A DNA stretch of 64,000 nt from an uncultured Gammaproteobacteria bacterium. Its GTDB lineage: Bacteria > Patescibacteriota > Microgenomatia > Curtissbacterales > GWA2-41-24. The translations under genes and the position numbers were made by a program. Where the stretch lies: the NCBI GenBank assembly GCA_964348615.1, contig CAYGDE010000001.1, positions 9,096 to 73,095 on the forward strand, read 5' to 3'. The notes under the pieces were generated by a model. That model was given only the letters and a program-made list of their open reading frames with translations, searched no databases and was not told where the DNA came from. This document shows, one piece after another, positions 8,868 to 19,129 of the stretch. The first letter of the stretch is position 1, and every line of letters starts with the position of its first letter.

Positions 8868-10010
8868 ATGCGACAATTGCAAAAAGAAGAAAAAAGTTCA
8901 CTAGCTCCAGCCAAAATTCTAATAATTTCGATACTAATTACAATTGCAGCCGCAAGCACTATCTATTTTCTAAACATTGGAAAATATGTTTTAAAAGGTC
9001 CGCAAACGGCCTTTGAGCTAATTACAAATTCCGGTATTAAAAGTGACAACGGGCGAACAAACATTTTGCTTTTAGGAACAGGCGGGGAAGGGCACGATGG
9101 TCCTAATCTCACAGATACTATAATTTTGGCCTCGATCGACAAAGACGGTAAAGATCCGGCTTTAGTTTCGATACCTCGAGATCTTTGGGCGCCCTCAGTT
9201 AAAGCAAAAATCAACGCAGCTTACGCCTTCGGTCAAGAAAAAAACGGCAAGGGCAAAGAACTTGCAGCAAAAACAATTAGTGAACTTTTTGGTATTCCGA
9301 TCCACTATACAGTTAGAGTTGATTTTAATGGTTTTACCGAGGCTGTAGATTTAATTGATGGTCTTGATATAAACGTAGATAAATCTTTTCAAGACCCAAT
9401 GTATCCCATACCAGGCAAAGAAAACGACCTTTGCAAACTTACAATCGAAATGCAGGAAATAAACGGACAAAAACTCCAAGTTGTAAAAACTGCTACTGGT
9501 TCGGCAATACCACTTTTTGAAATAAACGACCGCAATACGCCGTTTGTATGCCGTTATGAAACCCTTGATTTTGAAAAAGGCCCAAAACACATGGATGGTG
9601 AAACCGCACTAAAATTTGTAAGATCCAGACATGGAACAAACGATGAGGGTACCGATTTTGCCCGCTCTGCCAGGCAGCAAAAAGTGATTCTTGCGTTTCG
9701 TGATAAAGTTTTTTCAACTCAAACTTTTACAAGCCCAAAAACAATAATCGATCTAATAACCACTTTTGATAAGTCAATAGACACAGATATTCAAAACGAC
9801 GACATTGCGCTTTTTCTAAAACTAGTCAAAAAAATAGATACTACAAAAATAAGGACAATAGTTTTAGATTCCGAAAGGGAAGAAAGCCAGTTAATAGAAG
9901 GAGACCCTGTAAATTACGGAGGCCAGTTTGTTTTAGAACCCAAAGACGGCACCTGGCAAGACTTCGCCGAATACGTCCAAGGCGAAATTTTCAAACTTCA
10001 GGAAAAATAA
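8868..10010 (+). CDS. LytR-CpsA-Psr (LCP) family cell-envelope phosphotransferase
   Basis: N-terminal TM, then NILLLGTGGEGHDGPNLTDTIILASIDKDGKDPALVSIPRDLW. Confidence 0.8.
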   Translation: MRQLQKEEKSSLAPAKILIISILITIAAASTIYFLNIGKYVLKGPQTAFELITNSGIKSDNGRTNILLLGTGGEGHDGPNLTDTIILASIDKDGKDPALVSIPRDLWAPSVKAKINAAYAFGQEKNGKGKELAAKTISELFGIPIHYTVRVDFNGFTEAVDLIDGLDINVDKSFQDPMYPIPGKENDLCKLTIEMQEINGQKLQVVKTATGSAIPLFEINDRNTPFVCRYETLDFEKGPKHMDGETALKFVRSRHGTNDEGTDFARSARQQKVILAFRDKVFSTQTFTSPKTIIDLITTFDKSIDTDIQNDDIALFLKLVKKIDTTKIRTIVLDSEREESQLIEGDPVNYGGQFVLEPKDGTWQDFAEYVQGEIFKLQEK

Positions 10011-10086
10011 TTGCACTAGGTGTGATGGAAATTTCCAGAGAGTGGAAGATAGCAAACAAGTTGGAAATCAAATATCCAAACTTAGT

Positions 10087-10320
10087 TTAATTCTCGCGGA
10101 AAGAAGCAACCAGCTTTAGCGTTCCAAAGACAAACAAAACTACACCTGCCATGAAAAGCAGATAGGTAATTTCAGTTGTTCCTGCAGAAGGCAGAGAACT
10201 ACTTGTTCCACCCTTGCTGGCAGAACTTGTCGCACTTTGGGCGAAAGTGTTAGTAGCTAAAATTAAATATGAAAAAAGCGAAGAACCAACTCCTATGACT
10301 CTTGGCAGCTTTTTAGTCAT
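10087..10320 (-). CDS. small secreted Ser/Thr-rich protein with an LPSAG motif and a C-terminal TM plus charged tail (possible sorting signal)
   Basis: MTKKLPRVIGVGSSLFSYLILATNTFAQSA signal peptide; SSLPSAGTTEITY followed by a hydrophobic stretch and KLVASFREN. Confidence 0.5.
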   Translation of the reverse strand: MTKKLPRVIGVGSSLFSYLILATNTFAQSATSSASKGGTSSSLPSAGTTEITYLLFMAGVVLFVFGTLKLVASFREN

Positions 10321-10459
10321 CTTATATCCACTATAGCAAAAAACAACTATGCTTTGTCAACCTTTGGTGTTTTTGCAGCTTTGAGAGCGGGTTTTGAAGA
10401 AGACTTTACCATCTTGCTCAGCCTCGATTTCAATCTACTTGCCTTTAGCTAGTGGAACA

Positions 10460-10483
10460 CTACAGAAACAACGATTTCTGTAG
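10460..10483 (-). terminator. hairpin downstream of rpsT (10-bp stem ACTACAGAAA/TTTCTGTAGT; weak U tract)
   Basis: Perfect 10-bp inverted repeat 20 nt after the rpsT stop, flanked by GCTAG/CTAGC. Confidence 0.35.
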
Positions 10484-10504
10484 TAGTGTAGCTAGCGCAA
10501 AGCT

Positions 10505-10771
10505 TCACGCTTTTGGTTTTGTAGATGGAGTTTTCTTGGAAGTTACTAATTTTGACAATCTTGATTTAAGTCGTGAAGCTTTATTCTTATGAATTACATT
10601 AATCTTGGCCGCCTTATCTAAAGCCTTAAAAGCCGTAGTTAGTAAAGCCGCAGTCGGGTTCTTCCTAAATTCGGAAACTGCTTTCTTGTAAGCTGTTTTC
10701 CGAACTAAGTTAATGGCAGTTTTTCGCTCATCTTGCCTTACTTTTTTGATTGCTTGTTTTATAACTGGCAT
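10505..10771 (-). CDS. rpsT: 30S ribosomal protein S20
   Basis: MPVIKQAIKKVRQDERKTAINL... basic 88-aa protein. Confidence 0.85.
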   Translation of the reverse strand: MPVIKQAIKKVRQDERKTAINLVRKTAYKKAVSEFRKNPTAALLTTAFKALDKAAKINVIHKNKASRLKSRLSKLVTSKKTPSTKPKA

Positions 10772-10829
10772 ATCTATAGAATTTCTAATTACTAATTGTA
10801 AATTTTGTAATTAGGGAATTCTACCATCA

Positions 10830-12494
10830 ATGCTCTCCTTTTTCAAAAACAGTGCCACACTTTTTAAAAAACGACAGCAGGATATTCTTTCGGCAGCCTT
10901 TGTAATTGCCACATCTGTAGCAATATCCAGAGTTCTCGGGCTTGTCAGAAACAGGCTCCTTGCTGCAGAATTTGGCGATAATATTCAACTACTGGACAGT
11001 TTTTTTGCGGCATCAGCAATTCCGGATGCTATTTTTGAAGTATTAATCTTTGGCACAATTGCCCTTGCGTTTATCCCGATCTTCTCTCAATACCTGGAAA
11101 AAGACAAACTAGAAAAAGCCTGGGAATTATCTTCCAATATGATTTCTTTGGGGATCATAACTTTCACGGCGTTTATGGTTTTAGTTCTCATATTTGCAAA
11201 CCAAATTGCAGCAATTGTCGCCCCAGGAATCATCGAAAGAGATCCAACAACTCAAGCCACAATTGCAAAACTACTACGTATCATGATTTTCTCGCAATTT
11301 TTCTTTGTAATCTCCATATTCATAACCGGCGTTTTGCAATCCTTCCAGCGCTTTTTAATACCAGCCCTGGCTTCTGTTTTTTATAACGTCGGCATAATTA
11401 TTTCTATTATTTTCCTTTCTCCTTCTGTGGGAATTTATGCGCCGGCATTCGGAATGATATTAGGCGCCCTTTTGCATTTAGTGGTTCAGATGCCACTGGC
11501 GCTTTCACTAGGATTTAAATTTAAGCCTATTTTAGATTTTAAAAATACCGATGTGCGTGAAATGTTCACACTCATGTGGCCCCGCTCTATTTCTCTGGCT
11601 CTAATTAGAACTTCAGACATCATAAATATCGCTTTAGCCTCGACAGCAGCAGTTGGTTCAATTGTTGTTTTAAACTTTGCACAAACCCTTCATCTTGTTC
11701 CCATATCAATGTTTGCAGGGTCTCTTGCGCAAGCAGCGCTGCCTTCACTTTCGATTGAATTCAACGCTCAAAGATACGACCAGTTCAAAAAAATATTCGT
11801 ACAGTCTCTTCATCAAATATTGTTTCTAATACTCCCAGCAGCGGCTATTTTAGCAATTCTCAGAATTCCGGTAGTCAGGTTGGTCTTTGGAGCAGCTGAA
11901 TTCCCTTGGGAATTAACAGTTTTAACAGGTAGAACTTTAATTGCCTTTTGCGTCGGAATTACAGCAGGTTCAGTAAGCCTACTTCTTTTGCGGGGTTTTC
12001 ACGCGCTAAGAGACAGCACAACTCCCGTTAAAGTAAATGTGGCATCAGCAATTTTAAATATTACCCTAAGTTTTACATTTATTGTTGCTCTTAAACTTTC
12101 CGTTGTATATCTTGCCCTAGCTTACTCAATAAGCAGTATTGTAAATGCTTTCCTACTTCTTTACTTTCTCAACAAAAAAGTTAATTTCGACAAAAAAGAA
12201 TTACTTCTCCCTATTGCCAAAATGTTCACGATCACCATTATTATGGCAATTTCTCTGTACATTCCTATGAAACTTTTAGACCAGCTTGTTTTCGACACCA
12301 CAAGAACAGTCGGATTACTTCTTTTAACCTCCATTGCAACATTAGTAGGGCTTGTGGTCTATACATTTCTTTCCTGGATTTTAAAAGTTAACGAGGTGGA
12401 AATTTTTTACAATTTAGCTAAAAAAGTGATCGCCTTCCCAACTAAACTCGCAAGACCCGCCCCCACATCAATCGAAGCGCAAGAAAATCAGTAA
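10830..12494 (+). CDS. murJ: lipid II flippase MurJ/MviN
   Basis: 554-aa polytopic protein; N-terminal LGLVRNRLLAAEFGDN...AIPDAIFEVLIFGTIALAFIPIFS. Confidence 0.85.
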   Translation: MLSFFKNSATLFKKRQQDILSAAFVIATSVAISRVLGLVRNRLLAAEFGDNIQLLDSFFAASAIPDAIFEVLIFGTIALAFIPIFSQYLEKDKLEKAWELSSNMISLGIITFTAFMVLVLIFANQIAAIVAPGIIERDPTTQATIAKLLRIMIFSQFFFVISIFITGVLQSFQRFLIPALASVFYNVGIIISIIFLSPSVGIYAPAFGMILGALLHLVVQMPLALSLGFKFKPILDFKNTDVREMFTLMWPRSISLALIRTSDIINIALASTAAVGSIVVLNFAQTLHLVPISMFAGSLAQAALPSLSIEFNAQRYDQFKKIFVQSLHQILFLILPAAAILAILRIPVVRLVFGAAEFPWELTVLTGRTLIAFCVGITAGSVSLLLLRGFHALRDSTTPVKVNVASAILNITLSFTFIVALKLSVVYLALAYSISSIVNAFLLLYFLNKKVNFDKKELLLPIAKMFTITIIMAISLYIPMKLLDQLVFDTTRTVGLLLLTSIATLVGLVVYTFLSWILKVNEVEIFYNLAKKVIAFPTKLARPAPTSIEAQENQ

Positions 12495-12525
12495 GAAAAG
12501 AAAAGCATAATCTGGTTCGCAAAAG

Positions 12526-14295
12526 GTGACAGCTGATATACTTACGCCTATGCACATTCGCAACTTTGCAATCATTGCCCACATAGACCACGGCAAATCA
12601 ACACTTGCCGACCGTATTATGGAAATTTGTGGTGCCGTAGGCGATAAGCACGACGCCCAACTTCTAGACAGTCTAGAGCTTGAACGTGAACATGGCATCA
12701 CAATCAAACTCAAAGCCATCCGTCTTAACTACCAACTACAAACTTCCAACTATATACTCAACCTCCTAGACACCCCTGGCCATGTAGATTTTTCTTATGA
12801 AGTCTCGCGTTCATTAGCGTCAGTTGAAGGTGCTGTTTTGATAGTTGATGCAACTCAAGGGGTACAGGCCCAGACGCTATCCAATTTTAATTTAGCGCTA
12901 GAGGCCGGTCTCACCATGATTCCGGTTGTCAACAAAATAGATTCCCCGCAAGCAGAACTGGCCAAAACGATTGATGAAATTAAAAACCTCGGTTTTAAAG
13001 ATGACGAGATCATAAAAGTCTCTGCAAAAACTGGAGAAAATGTTAGAAGCCTAATTGACGCCATCATCGAAAAAATTCCTCCCCCCAAATCTACAGGTAA
13101 TATACCCCAAGCGCTTATTTTTGATTCCTCCCTCGATCCGTATAAAGGGGTTATTGCAACTGTTCGTCTTTTTGGAGGTGAAATAAAAGTCTCAGACAAA
13201 ATATTTTTCCTAGCAACTGGTGCACAAGCCGAAGTCCTTCAGGTTGGCTATTTATCCCCCAAACCCACATACATAAAAAGCCTAACATCAGGGGAGCTTG
13301 GATTTATTGTTACAAATGTCAAAGACCTGCAAAAAGTCAAAGTAGGGGACACAATATCGCAACCAAAAGACCCTGCAAACCCTCTTCCAGGTTATCAAGA
13401 AGCAAAACCAGTAGTTTTCTTATCTCTTTTCCCGTCAGACACAGCAGATCTTGCAAAGCTAAAAGATGGGATCGAAAAGTTAAAATTAAACGACTCTTCC
13501 CTAAGCTTTTCTCCGGAATCGTCAACCAGCCTTGGTCAAGGATTTCGTGTTGGCTTCCTTGGCCTTTTGCATGCCCAAATCACGCAAGAGAGACTGGAAA
13601 GAGAATACAATTTAGATCTAATTGCAACATCCCCGTCTGTTAACTTCATTCAAGATGGACAAGTCATAAATAAGTCTTCAGAATTCGACCCCACTGCAAA
13701 AAATTTAGAAGAGCCTTATGCAAATGTGACAATTTTTGCACCTGAAAGGTTTTACGGAATAATTTCTAACTTAGTCCACGAAAGAAGGGGAGAAATCGGC
13801 AATATTGAAAATCTAGGGTCCTTGCAAAAAATCGAGGCAGAAATTCCGCTTTTAGAACTTTTAATTGGTTTTTACGACCAGCTTAAAAGTCTAACCTCGG
13901 GTTATGCATCCCTAGACTTCGAACTTTCAAACTATAAAAAAGCCGATCTTGTAAAGCTGGATATTTTGGTAAACCACGAACCCATAGAAGGCCTTTCGCA
14001 AGTTGTTCCCCGCGAAAAAGCCGAAGAAATTGGCAGCAAATTCACCCAAAAGTTAAAAGACGCAATCCCCAAGCAACAAATTCCAATCCCAATTCAAGCA
14101 GCAATTGGTGGCAAAATCATCGCACGCGAAACGATCGCTGGTTTTAGAAAAGACGTAACGGCAAAACTTTATGGCGGAGATGTCACCCGTAAAAATAAGT
14201 TACTGGAGAAACAGAAAAAAGGCAAAAAAAGAATGAGAAGGTTTGGAAGCGTCGATATTCCGCAAGAAGCCTTTTTAGCCGTACTAAAGATTTAA
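12526..14295 (+). CDS. lepA: elongation factor 4 (LepA); GTG at 12526 or ATG at 12550
   Basis: [33 protein letters not shown], and the C-terminal LYGGDVTRKNKLLEKQKKGKKRMRRFGSVDIPQEAFLAVL. Confidence 0.95.
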   Translation: MTADILTPMHIRNFAIIAHIDHGKSTLADRIMEICGAVGDKHDAQLLDSLELEREHGITIKLKAIRLNYQLQTSNYILNLLDTPGHVDFSYEVSRSLASVEGAVLIVDATQGVQAQTLSNFNLALEAGLTMIPVVNKIDSPQAELAKTIDEIKNLGFKDDEIIKVSAKTGENVRSLIDAIIEKIPPPKSTGNIPQALIFDSSLDPYKGVIATVRLFGGEIKVSDKIFFLATGAQAEVLQVGYLSPKPTYIKSLTSGELGFIVTNVKDLQKVKVGDTISQPKDPANPLPGYQEAKPVVFLSLFPSDTADLAKLKDGIEKLKLNDSSLSFSPESSTSLGQGFRVGFLGLLHAQITQERLEREYNLDLIATSPSVNFIQDGQVINKSSEFDPTAKNLEEPYANVTIFAPERFYGIISNLVHERRGEIGNIENLGSLQKIEAEIPLLELLIGFYDQLKSLTSGYASLDFELSNYKKADLVKLDILVNHEPIEGLSQVVPREKAEEIGSKFTQKLKDAIPKQQIPIPIQAAIGGKIIARETIAGFRKDVTAKLYGGDVTRKNKLLEKQKKGKKRMRRFGSVDIPQEAFLAVLKI

Positions 14296-14338
14296 GGTGC
14301 GCCGCGAAGTTTATCCCGAGCGAAGGCGAGGGAGATCT

Positions 14339-14383
14339 GTCGATATACCTCAGGAGGCCTTTCTTGCAGTCCTGAAAATTTAG
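14339..14383 (+). repeat. diverged second copy of the last 15 codons plus stop of lepA (VDIPQEAFLAVLKI*), following a 43-nt GC-rich spacer
   Basis: 14251-14295 and 14339-14383 encode an identical peptide but differ at 13 codons, all synonymous. Confidence 0.8.
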
Positions 14384-14409
14384 AATTACAATGCGTTTTT
14401 GGTTTTGCC

Positions 14410-15228
14410 TTGTTTTTGAAAACCGCTTATACTAGTTTTATGGCAACCAAAACAGAAAGCTTTAAATCTCAATTAGATAAATTAGAGGTTTACCCAAAAC
14501 TTAAAATCGACTACCCCAAAAACCCCAACCGTATGTGGGCGTTTCCAATTCTGGGTGGACTTTTTAAAATTATTATTCTCCTGCCCATATTTATAGAATT
14601 AGGACTTCTCGTCGTCTTCGATTTTGCAGTAATTATCATAAATTCGTTTTTTGTTCTCGCAACCGGTAAATACTGGCAGTTTTGTTTTGACTTTAACCTG
14701 GGTCTTACAAGACTTTTTGCAAAAGTAATGTTTTTCTTTGCAGGTCTTACCGACAAATATCCGGGGTTTGATTTTAAACTAGATGGTTTTGAACTAGATC
14801 TGGAAATGCCCAAAAATCCAAATAGACTTTTTGCTATTCCCATAGTTGGTATTCTTGCAAGGATAATTCTTTTAATCCCTTTTGGTATTTTTTCATCAAT
14901 CATTGGCAATGCTTCAAGACTAGGGATGGTCATTTCTTCAATCCCGGTATTTTTCTCAGGCAAGTATCCAGAGGCTACATATGAACTAACAAGAGACGCC
15001 ATGCGCTTGAGCGTAGCCCAAACGGCATATATTATTGGTATTCACGACAATTACCCAAGTTTCCAAATCGACTGGAAGCACAAAACATTTAAATTAGTCT
15101 TAATTGCAATCGCAATTGTATTTAGCATTTTCCAAGCCACTGTAAGTTCAGAAAAACAAACTACTCCCGAAAATAACCTTCGACCGTATCAAGATAATTT
15201 TACCCCCAACCAAAATCAATACCGCTAA
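14410..15228 (+). CDS. membrane protein with two tandem DUF4389-like repeats
   Basis: Internal duplication: YPKNPNRMWAFPILGG...GKYW...DKYPGFDF and MPKNPNRLFAIPIVGI...GKYPEA...DNYPSFQI. Confidence 0.6.
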   Translation: MFLKTAYTSFMATKTESFKSQLDKLEVYPKLKIDYPKNPNRMWAFPILGGLFKIIILLPIFIELGLLVVFDFAVIIINSFFVLATGKYWQFCFDFNLGLTRLFAKVMFFFAGLTDKYPGFDFKLDGFELDLEMPKNPNRLFAIPIVGILARIILLIPFGIFSSIIGNASRLGMVISSIPVFFSGKYPEATYELTRDAMRLSVAQTAYIIGIHDNYPSFQIDWKHKTFKLVLIAIAIVFSIFQATVSSEKQTTPENNLRPYQDNFTPNQNQYR

Positions 15229-15292
15229 AAAGGGTCTTGATCCCCGATTCGTTTCACACGTTCAGGATCAAACCTTGAATAAAATTGAAGGG

Positions 15293-15321
15293 TTGACAAC
15301 ACTTAGCACTCGTTGTATATT
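15293..15321 (+). promoter_or_regulatory. sigma-70-like promoter of the hrcA operon (TTGACA-17-TATATT)
   Basis: TTGACA at 15293-15298 and TATATT at 15316-15321, overlapping CIRCE. Confidence 0.7.
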
Positions 15322-15330
15322 AAGTGCTAA
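15303..15330 (+). promoter_or_regulatory. CIRCE operator (HrcA binding site)
   Basis: TTAGCACTC-N10-AAGTGCTAA, one mismatch from the consensus TTAGCACTC-N9-GAGTGCTAA, directly upstream of hrcA-grpE-dnaK. Confidence 0.85.
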
Positions 15331-15441
15331 TCCAGCTCTTAAATCCAAAATTTTATCAAGCTTAGCTTGGAAAATTTTGTCCATTTAGGGAAAGGGAATA
15401 TTAAGGGAAAACCGTATTAGGTTGTCCCTTAAAGTGAATAT

Positions 15442-16167
15442 ATGGATCTCACAGATAGACAAAAATCATTGCTTCGGGCAGTCATCGAAAAATATATCGA
15501 AAATGCAGAACCTATTGGTTCTGAAACAGTTGAAAAAGAAGCCCGGCTTGGCGTTTCGCCAGCAACTATCAGAAATGAAATGGTTCGTTTAACCAGTCTT
15601 GGTTATTTAAAACAGCCACACACCTCGGCCGGACGTATTCCCACTTCCATGGGAATGAAATTTTATGTCGATCAGTTAATGGAAGAAAAATCACTCTCGC
15701 TAAAAGACGAAGTAGCCATAAAAGAAGAATTAAAAGAAGATGAAAACACTCGCTTCGACAAACTTCTAAGGCACACAGCCAGAACTTTGGCAGACCAAAC
15801 AGGTTCTCTGGCAGTTGTAACCGATGAAGACAACGACATTTACTCAGCAGGCATGGCAAATATTTTAGATATGCCCGAATTTTTTGATATCGACATCACA
15901 AAAACTGTCCTTTCCATGTTAGACAAAATTGAACTGTTAAACCAGGTAACAGACCAACTTTTGCCAGAAGACCAGATAAAAATTCTCTTTGGTGAAGAAT
16001 TAGGTGTACCTTTTCTTGAACCATGCGGTTTTATAGTTACTAGATATCAAACACCAAACCATAGAGGCGTTTTGGGGTTAATTGGCCCAAACAGGCTCAA
16101 TTTTTCAGTCGCTATTCCGACAATGAGATATTTTTCGCAGATTCTTTCCGAAATGCGGATGATATAA
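15442..16167 (+). CDS. hrcA: heat-inducible transcription repressor HrcA (short form, 241 aa)
   Basis: MDLTDRQKSLLRAVIEKYIENAEPIGSETV...SPATIRNEM; operon context with CIRCE. Confidence 0.85.
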   Translation: MDLTDRQKSLLRAVIEKYIENAEPIGSETVEKEARLGVSPATIRNEMVRLTSLGYLKQPHTSAGRIPTSMGMKFYVDQLMEEKSLSLKDEVAIKEELKEDENTRFDKLLRHTARTLADQTGSLAVVTDEDNDIYSAGMANILDMPEFFDIDITKTVLSMLDKIELLNQVTDQLLPEDQIKILFGEELGVPFLEPCGFIVTRYQTPNHRGVLGLIGPNRLNFSVAIPTMRYFSQILSEMRMI

Positions 16168-16174
16168 AACTAAA

Positions 16175-16678
16175 ATGCCAAAAAGCAAAAAAACCGTCAG
16201 CAAACCAGAGGAATCAAACAAGCAAGACCAAAAAGCGCAAGAGCTAGAAAGTCAGCTCAAAAGAGCACTTGCAGATTACCACAATCTGGAAAGAAGAGTC
16301 GAAGAAGAAAGAAGACTTTTGTCCTCACTGTCATCTGCTCTTCTTATCGAAAAATTCTTGCCGGTTTTAGACAATTTAGAAAATGCTAATACACACTTAA
16401 ACGACCAGGGTTTAGAAATTGTAATAAAGCAGTTTAAAAACCTTTTGCAATCCGAGGGTGTAGAAGAAATTGATTCAAAAGGGCAGCAATTCGATCCAAA
16501 CTTGCACGAAGCGATTGAGACGCAAGAAGGGGAAAACAACAATATGATTGTAAGAATAACAAGAAAAGGTTATAAAATGAATGATAAGGTACTGCGACCA
16601 GCACAAGTAATAGTTGAAAGAAAAACAATTCAAAACGAACAGAAAGGAGAAGATCAAGTAGCGGACACCGCAAATTAA
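16175..16678 (+). CDS. grpE: nucleotide exchange factor GrpE
   Basis: ADYHNLERRVEEERR, coiled coil, C-terminal beta domain. Confidence 0.85.
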   Translation: MPKSKKTVSKPEESNKQDQKAQELESQLKRALADYHNLERRVEEERRLLSSLSSALLIEKFLPVLDNLENANTHLNDQGLEIVIKQFKNLLQSEGVEEIDSKGQQFDPNLHEAIETQEGENNNMIVRITRKGYKMNDKVLRPAQVIVERKTIQNEQKGEDQVADTAN

Positions 16679-16699
16679 CTGGTCCCAATCAAACTAACC

Positions 16700-18601
16700 A
16701 TGTCAAAAGTCGTCGGAATAGATTTAGGAACAACAAATTCATGTGTTGCGGTTGTCGAAGGTGGAAAGCCCAAGGTAATCCACTCCGCAGAAGGCAGAAA
16801 TACGATTCCTTCTGTTGTCGACCCACAAAAGCACATCGTCGGTGACGTCGCAAAACGTCAAATGGTTGTAAACCCCAAAACCACAATCTTTTCAGTAAAA
16901 AGGTTGATGGGTAGAAAGTACAAAGACCCAGAAGTTCAAAAAGACATTAAATGGTTGCCTTACGAAATCAAAGAGGGCCGGGATGGTATGGCTATTGTTT
17001 CTGTAGATGGTCACGACTATACTCCACAAGAAATTTCAGCAATGGTTCTGCAAAAGATCAAAGCCGATGCAGAAGCGTACTTAGGCGAAAAAGTTGAAAG
17101 TGCAGTAATTACTGTTCCTGCATATTTTGATGATTCTCAAAGGCAAGCCACAAAACAGGCTGGAGAAATTGCTGGCCTCAAAGTTGAAAGAATAATTAAC
17201 GAACCAACAGCAGCAGCACTAGCCTACGGTCTTGATAAAACTCACGCACACACAATTGTTGTTTACGATCTAGGTGGTGGGACTTTCGACATTTCCGTTT
17301 TGGAGCTTGGAGAAGGTGTTTTTGAAGTCAAAGCAACCAATGGTGACACGCACCTTGGCGGCGACGATTTCGACCAAAAAATTCAAGAATATTTGGCAGA
17401 AGAATTCAAAAAAGAATCCGGGGTCGATATTTCCAAAGATAGACAAGCACTTCAAAGGCTTAGAGATGCTGCCGAAAAAGCCAAGATAGAACTTTCTTCC
17501 ACCATGGAAACAGAAGTATCTATTCCTTATTTGACTGCCGACCAGTCTGGCCCAAAACATTTGCAGCTTAAACTTTCCCGTGCCAAATTGGAAGCCATTG
17601 TTGGTGATCTTGTCGAAAAATCACTTGGTCCGGTAAAGGCCTGTCTCAAAGACGCAAAAGTAGATCCAAAGAGCATTGACGAGATTGTTTTAGTTGGTGG
17701 AATGACCAGGATGCCTTTGGTTTTTCAAAAGGTTAAAGAATATTTTGGCAAAGAACCAAACAAAAGCATTAACCCAGACGAAGTAGTGGCAGTCGGTGCA
17801 GCAGTCCAAGGCGGAGTGTTAACTGGCGAAATGAAAGAAATGGTGCTTCTGGATGTTACGCCGCTAACTTTAGGTATCGAAACGTTAGGCAGCGTCTCAA
17901 CGCCGCTGATTCCAAGAAACACAACCGTCCCAACTTCCAAATCAGAAGTTTTTTCTACAGCTGCCGACAATCAAACATCGGTCGAAATTAACGTTTTACA
18001 AGGAGAACGTCCAATGGCGGCAGACAACAAATCACTTGGAAAATTTATTTTAGACGGTATTCCGCCAAGTCCTCGAGGTGTTCCACAAGTAGAAGTTGCT
18101 TTCGACATAGACGCGTCAGGAATATTAAGCGTTAAGGCAAAAGACAAAGCCACAGGCAAAGAACAATCTATAAAAATAACCGGCTCAACAGGCTTAACCG
18201 ACGAAGAGATCAAGAGAATGACCCAAGAGGCAGAAGAACATGCCAAGGAAGATGAAGCCAAAAAAGAGGAAATCGAAACCAAAAACAAAGCAGACTCACT
18301 AGTCTATCAAGCAGAAAAGTCTCTAAAAGACGCTGGTGACAAAGTACCCGCAGAAGTTAAAAGTGAAGTCGAAGAAAAAGTAAAAGCCCTAAAAGATGTT
18401 CAATCTTCAGGTTCTACCGAAGAAATTAAAACGAAAACAGAAGAACTTTCTGCAGTTCTTTCCAAAATAGGCGAGTCAATGTATAAACAAGAGGGCCAAA
18501 AAAGCCCCAAAGGGCCAGACGACCAAACACAAGAAGAGCCTCAAGGTGATCAAAAGGCAGACACAGGTGACGTCCAAGAAGGCGAAGTCGTAAAGGAATA
18601 A
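16700..18601 (+). CDS. dnaK: chaperone DnaK (Hsp70)
   Basis: [32 protein letters not shown]. Confidence 0.97.
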   Translation: MSKVVGIDLGTTNSCVAVVEGGKPKVIHSAEGRNTIPSVVDPQKHIVGDVAKRQMVVNPKTTIFSVKRLMGRKYKDPEVQKDIKWLPYEIKEGRDGMAIVSVDGHDYTPQEISAMVLQKIKADAEAYLGEKVESAVITVPAYFDDSQRQATKQAGEIAGLKVERIINEPTAAALAYGLDKTHAHTIVVYDLGGGTFDISVLELGEGVFEVKATNGDTHLGGDDFDQKIQEYLAEEFKKESGVDISKDRQALQRLRDAAEKAKIELSSTMETEVSIPYLTADQSGPKHLQLKLSRAKLEAIVGDLVEKSLGPVKACLKDAKVDPKSIDEIVLVGGMTRMPLVFQKVKEYFGKEPNKSINPDEVVAVGAAVQGGVLTGEMKEMVLLDVTPLTLGIETLGSVSTPLIPRNTTVPTSKSEVFSTAADNQTSVEINVLQGERPMAADNKSLGKFILDGIPPSPRGVPQVEVAFDIDASGILSVKAKDKATGKEQSIKITGSTGLTDEEIKRMTQEAEEHAKEDEAKKEEIETKNKADSLVYQAEKSLKDAGDKVPAEVKSEVEEKVKALKDVQSSGSTEEIKTKTEELSAVLSKIGESMYKQEGQKSPKGPDDQTQEEPQGDQKADTGDVQEGEVVKE

Positions 18602-18603
18602 AA

Positions 18604-19128
18604 GTGTTGGATTCTAAATCCGAAGTAACAGCAACTGCCCAACAAGAAGGTAACCCAAATAAAAATTTGGTACTTTCACTTGAAGGCTGGCGCCCAATAT
18701 TTCATTTTGCTTTTAGGAATTGGCTTAACAAACAAACTGGCATGAGTATCCTTTCAAGAAAACAATTAGTTAGAATTTTGAGTGATCCTAATGAGCCAGA
18801 AGAAAGACAGGCATTGGCAAATGACCTTTATTTTGCAAGGGGGGCACAGAACATAACCAAAGATCCGGATGAAAAAATGTTTCCTAGAACTGAAACAATA
18901 AGTGCACAATCTTTTGACGATAATACTGTTCTTTTTCTTGCCGAAAATCTAGATCCTGATTATGTCTATCAACCATTCTTTGAAAGACAAGTGCATGATA
19001 GAAGACTTGATGATTTTAAAAAACCTGTTCAAGCTGGCCTTCCAGGTTTTGGTAAAGAAACAGCAGAACAAAAACCCAGAGAATTACCAAGACCGCAATT
19101 TATCGCAAAACTGGTAAGTAAATTTTAA
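18604..19128 (+). CDS. hypothetical protein (GTG start 3 nt after the dnaK stop), embedded in the dnaK operon
   Basis: 174-aa ORF tightly coupled to dnaK; I recognise no family. Confidence 0.5.
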   Translation: MLDSKSEVTATAQQEGNPNKNLVLSLEGWRPIFHFAFRNWLNKQTGMSILSRKQLVRILSDPNEPEERQALANDLYFARGAQNITKDPDEKMFPRTETISAQSFDDNTVLFLAENLDPDYVYQPFFERQVHDRRLDDFKKPVQAGLPGFGKETAEQKPRELPRPQFIAKLVSKF

Positions 19129-19129
19129 A

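Noticed and set aside
10321-10504. Possible tRNA or ncRNA in the 184-nt gap downstream of rpsT.
   Set aside because: No cloverleaf could be built. The gap contains a hairpin (a terminator candidate) and a likely promoter for the downstream small gene.
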